A DNA stretch of 64,000 nucleotides. It comes from Obrimoposthia wandeli. Lineage: Eukaryota. Location: contig CDROCS010003321.1 of the NCBI GenBank assembly GCA_977020255.1, positions 1 through 64,000 of the forward strand. The letters are read 5' to 3'. The notes under the pieces were generated by a model. That model was not told the origin of the DNA, ran no database searches, and saw only the letters and a list, made by a program, of their open reading frames with translations. This document shows, one piece after another, positions 62,463 through 64,000 of this stretch (positions are counted from its first letter, which is position 1; the number at the start of each line of letters is the position of its first letter). The translations under genes and the position numbers were made by a program.

Positions 62463-62566
62463 ATATCCGCGCCAACCACAGCAGCGTAGTAAGCTTGCCA
62501 TTTTTGTACGTTTTTTGCACAAAAAGTGACACGCTTACGGAGTCTTATAGCTGGTTTTTGTTATAT
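62463..62566 (-). other. Degenerate attC (R' GTT lost)
   Basis: On the - strand: ATATAAC-AAAAACCAGCTATAAGACTCCG...TTTTTGTGCAAAAAACGTACAAAA...GGTTGGCGC-GGATATG. Confidence 0.6.
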
Positions 62567-62601
62567 TCTTTTACTCTTAGGCTTCCTGTTTTGTTAAACT
62601 T

Positions 62602-63018
62602 CTAACTTCCCATTCCTGGCGGTAGAATGTCAAATTTTGGCACATCGTTAGGGAAGGTTGCCCATGATGGTGCTGAAGATGTGTAGATTGACATTCTAGG
62701 AGTGAACTTATTATTTTTTAATGAAGCTGCTGACACAGAGTAAAAATTACCCGCTGTTACCTCTGCGCACAAAGCAGTGCTACAAATGCCACAGAACTGA
62801 TAATTTACCGCTTTGCCTGAATCGCCAGTACGTGTATATGATGAAGGGATGCCTTTGGTAAATTTAAAATTATCTTTTGACACCCAAAGTCCAAACCATT
62901 TGTCTGAACTAGTGAGCGTTTGACACTCCTTGCAATAGCAAAAAATAGAATTTATCGGGTCGCTATCAAAGTAAAATTCAATGTCGTTGCAACTACAACT
63001 TCCAATATGTCTTTCCAT
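62602..63018 (-). CDS. GFA-family protein
   Basis: GSCSC, CYCKECQ and FCGICST; GGAG RBS before ATG 63018. Confidence 0.88.
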   Translation of the reverse strand: MERHIGSCSCNDIEFYFDSDPINSIFCYCKECQTLTSSDKWFGLWVSKDNFKFTKGIPSSYTRTGDSGKAVNYQFCGICSTALCAEVTAGNFYSVSAASLKNNKFTPRMSIYTSSAPSWATFPNDVPKFDILPPGMGS

Positions 63019-63160
63019 GTTATCTCCGATCTGGTTGATGTCCAATGACGATATCGTAAAAACATTCAAATTTAATTTCCTTTCCAAAGATGGGACTTCA
63101 TCTTAGAGTAGATATTATATATGATAAATAACATATTCAATAATAAGAAGGCTCAATCCT

Positions 63161-63742
63161 ATGCCCTATACAAAGGCGCACAAGAACAAAACCCGGGAGA
63201 GAATTCTTGATAGCTCCTTCAGACTATTTGCAATAAAAGGTTTTGAAGGCGTTACAATCGATGATTTGATGAATAACTGTGGGCTTACTCGCGGCGGGTT
63301 TTATGCGCATTTCACGAGTAAAGCAGAACTTTACCGTGAGGCATTAAAATTCAAAGCCAGCGGCACTAAACTTGCCAGCCTTAAGCCAGAGGGCACATCT
63401 AATAAACAGTGGTTGTCTTTGTTGTTAAATAAATACCTAAGCTTGGAACATGTGAAAGGAGAGCGCTCTTTGTCTTGTCCGTTAGCGTTCTTGGCCACTG
63501 ACATCAATATGCAAGATAAGGCAATAAAAACAGCTTATGCCGATGTTTACTATGGCATGAATACAGCAATTATGGAGTATGCGAATAGCTATACAGACTG
63601 TGACGAACAAGACATTTTATCAGTAACCGCAATGATGATTGGCGCTGTCGCTATAGCTAGAACGCTTCAAAATCAAGATTCGATTGAGAGTCTACTCGCA
63701 GCGTGCAGACGAGAAGCAGGTGTGAAGTTGGGTGGAATATAG
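63161..63742 (+). CDS. TetR-family regulator
   Basis: TRERILDSS...GFEGVTIDDLM...LTRGGFYAHF.SKAELY. Confidence 0.92.
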   Translation: MPYTKAHKNKTRERILDSSFRLFAIKGFEGVTIDDLMNNCGLTRGGFYAHFTSKAELYREALKFKASGTKLASLKPEGTSNKQWLSLLLNKYLSLEHVKGERSLSCPLAFLATDINMQDKAIKTAYADVYYGMNTAIMEYANSYTDCDEQDILSVTAMMIGAVAIARTLQNQDSIESLLAACRREAGVKLGGI

Positions 63743-64000
63743 CAGCTTGATTGTGCGACGTCTCATTTACGTAAAAGTGAAAGTGATAGTCAGACAACGC
63801 GTTAATTTTTAAGCTGTTTTTAAATTTCAAACTGCAGTTTTCGAAACGTCTTACTTTCCCCGAACTGTATATGAATTAATAAGTACGTTTACTGGAAATA
63901 GGTGATCAGCAAGGTTTGTGTTGATATGCAAATAGATCATAATTTTTATGATCTACAAGAAAGCCCTTTCAACAAGGAAGATGCCACAAAATCGAGTAAG

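Overview
AT-rich chromosomal window, probably from a marine gammaproteobacterium (Alteromonadales-like; inferred from gene content only). From left to right it carries: a split heme/2Fe-2S membrane protein plus a large MscS channel; amaAB-like pipecolate genes; pip; a clade I nosRZDFYL cluster with a perfect FNR/DNR box; a beta-oxidation cluster with fadL; a solitary tyrosine recombinase preceded by a 21-bp-arm palindrome; a catalytically degenerate 5'-nucleotidase coupled to a diguanylate cyclase; htpG; nikR with an incomplete ECF nickel module; LysR plus a DddD-like double CoA-transferase; minCDE; an agmatinase-family gene between degenerate direct repeats; and prpE. The last ~7 kb is a decaying integron-type cassette array (attC sites, no intI in the window) interleaved with a palindromic repeat family. 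That repeat family is hit by two 151-bp MITEs and by an IS110-family element with subterminal IRs. The upstream non-coding end of this IS contains sequences matching its own donor junction and its target, i.e. a readable bridge-RNA-like guide. A dispersed intergenic repeat occurs six times, always on the + strand. No rRNA, tRNA or CRISPR array was seen. All calls come from reading the sequence; no database searches were run.
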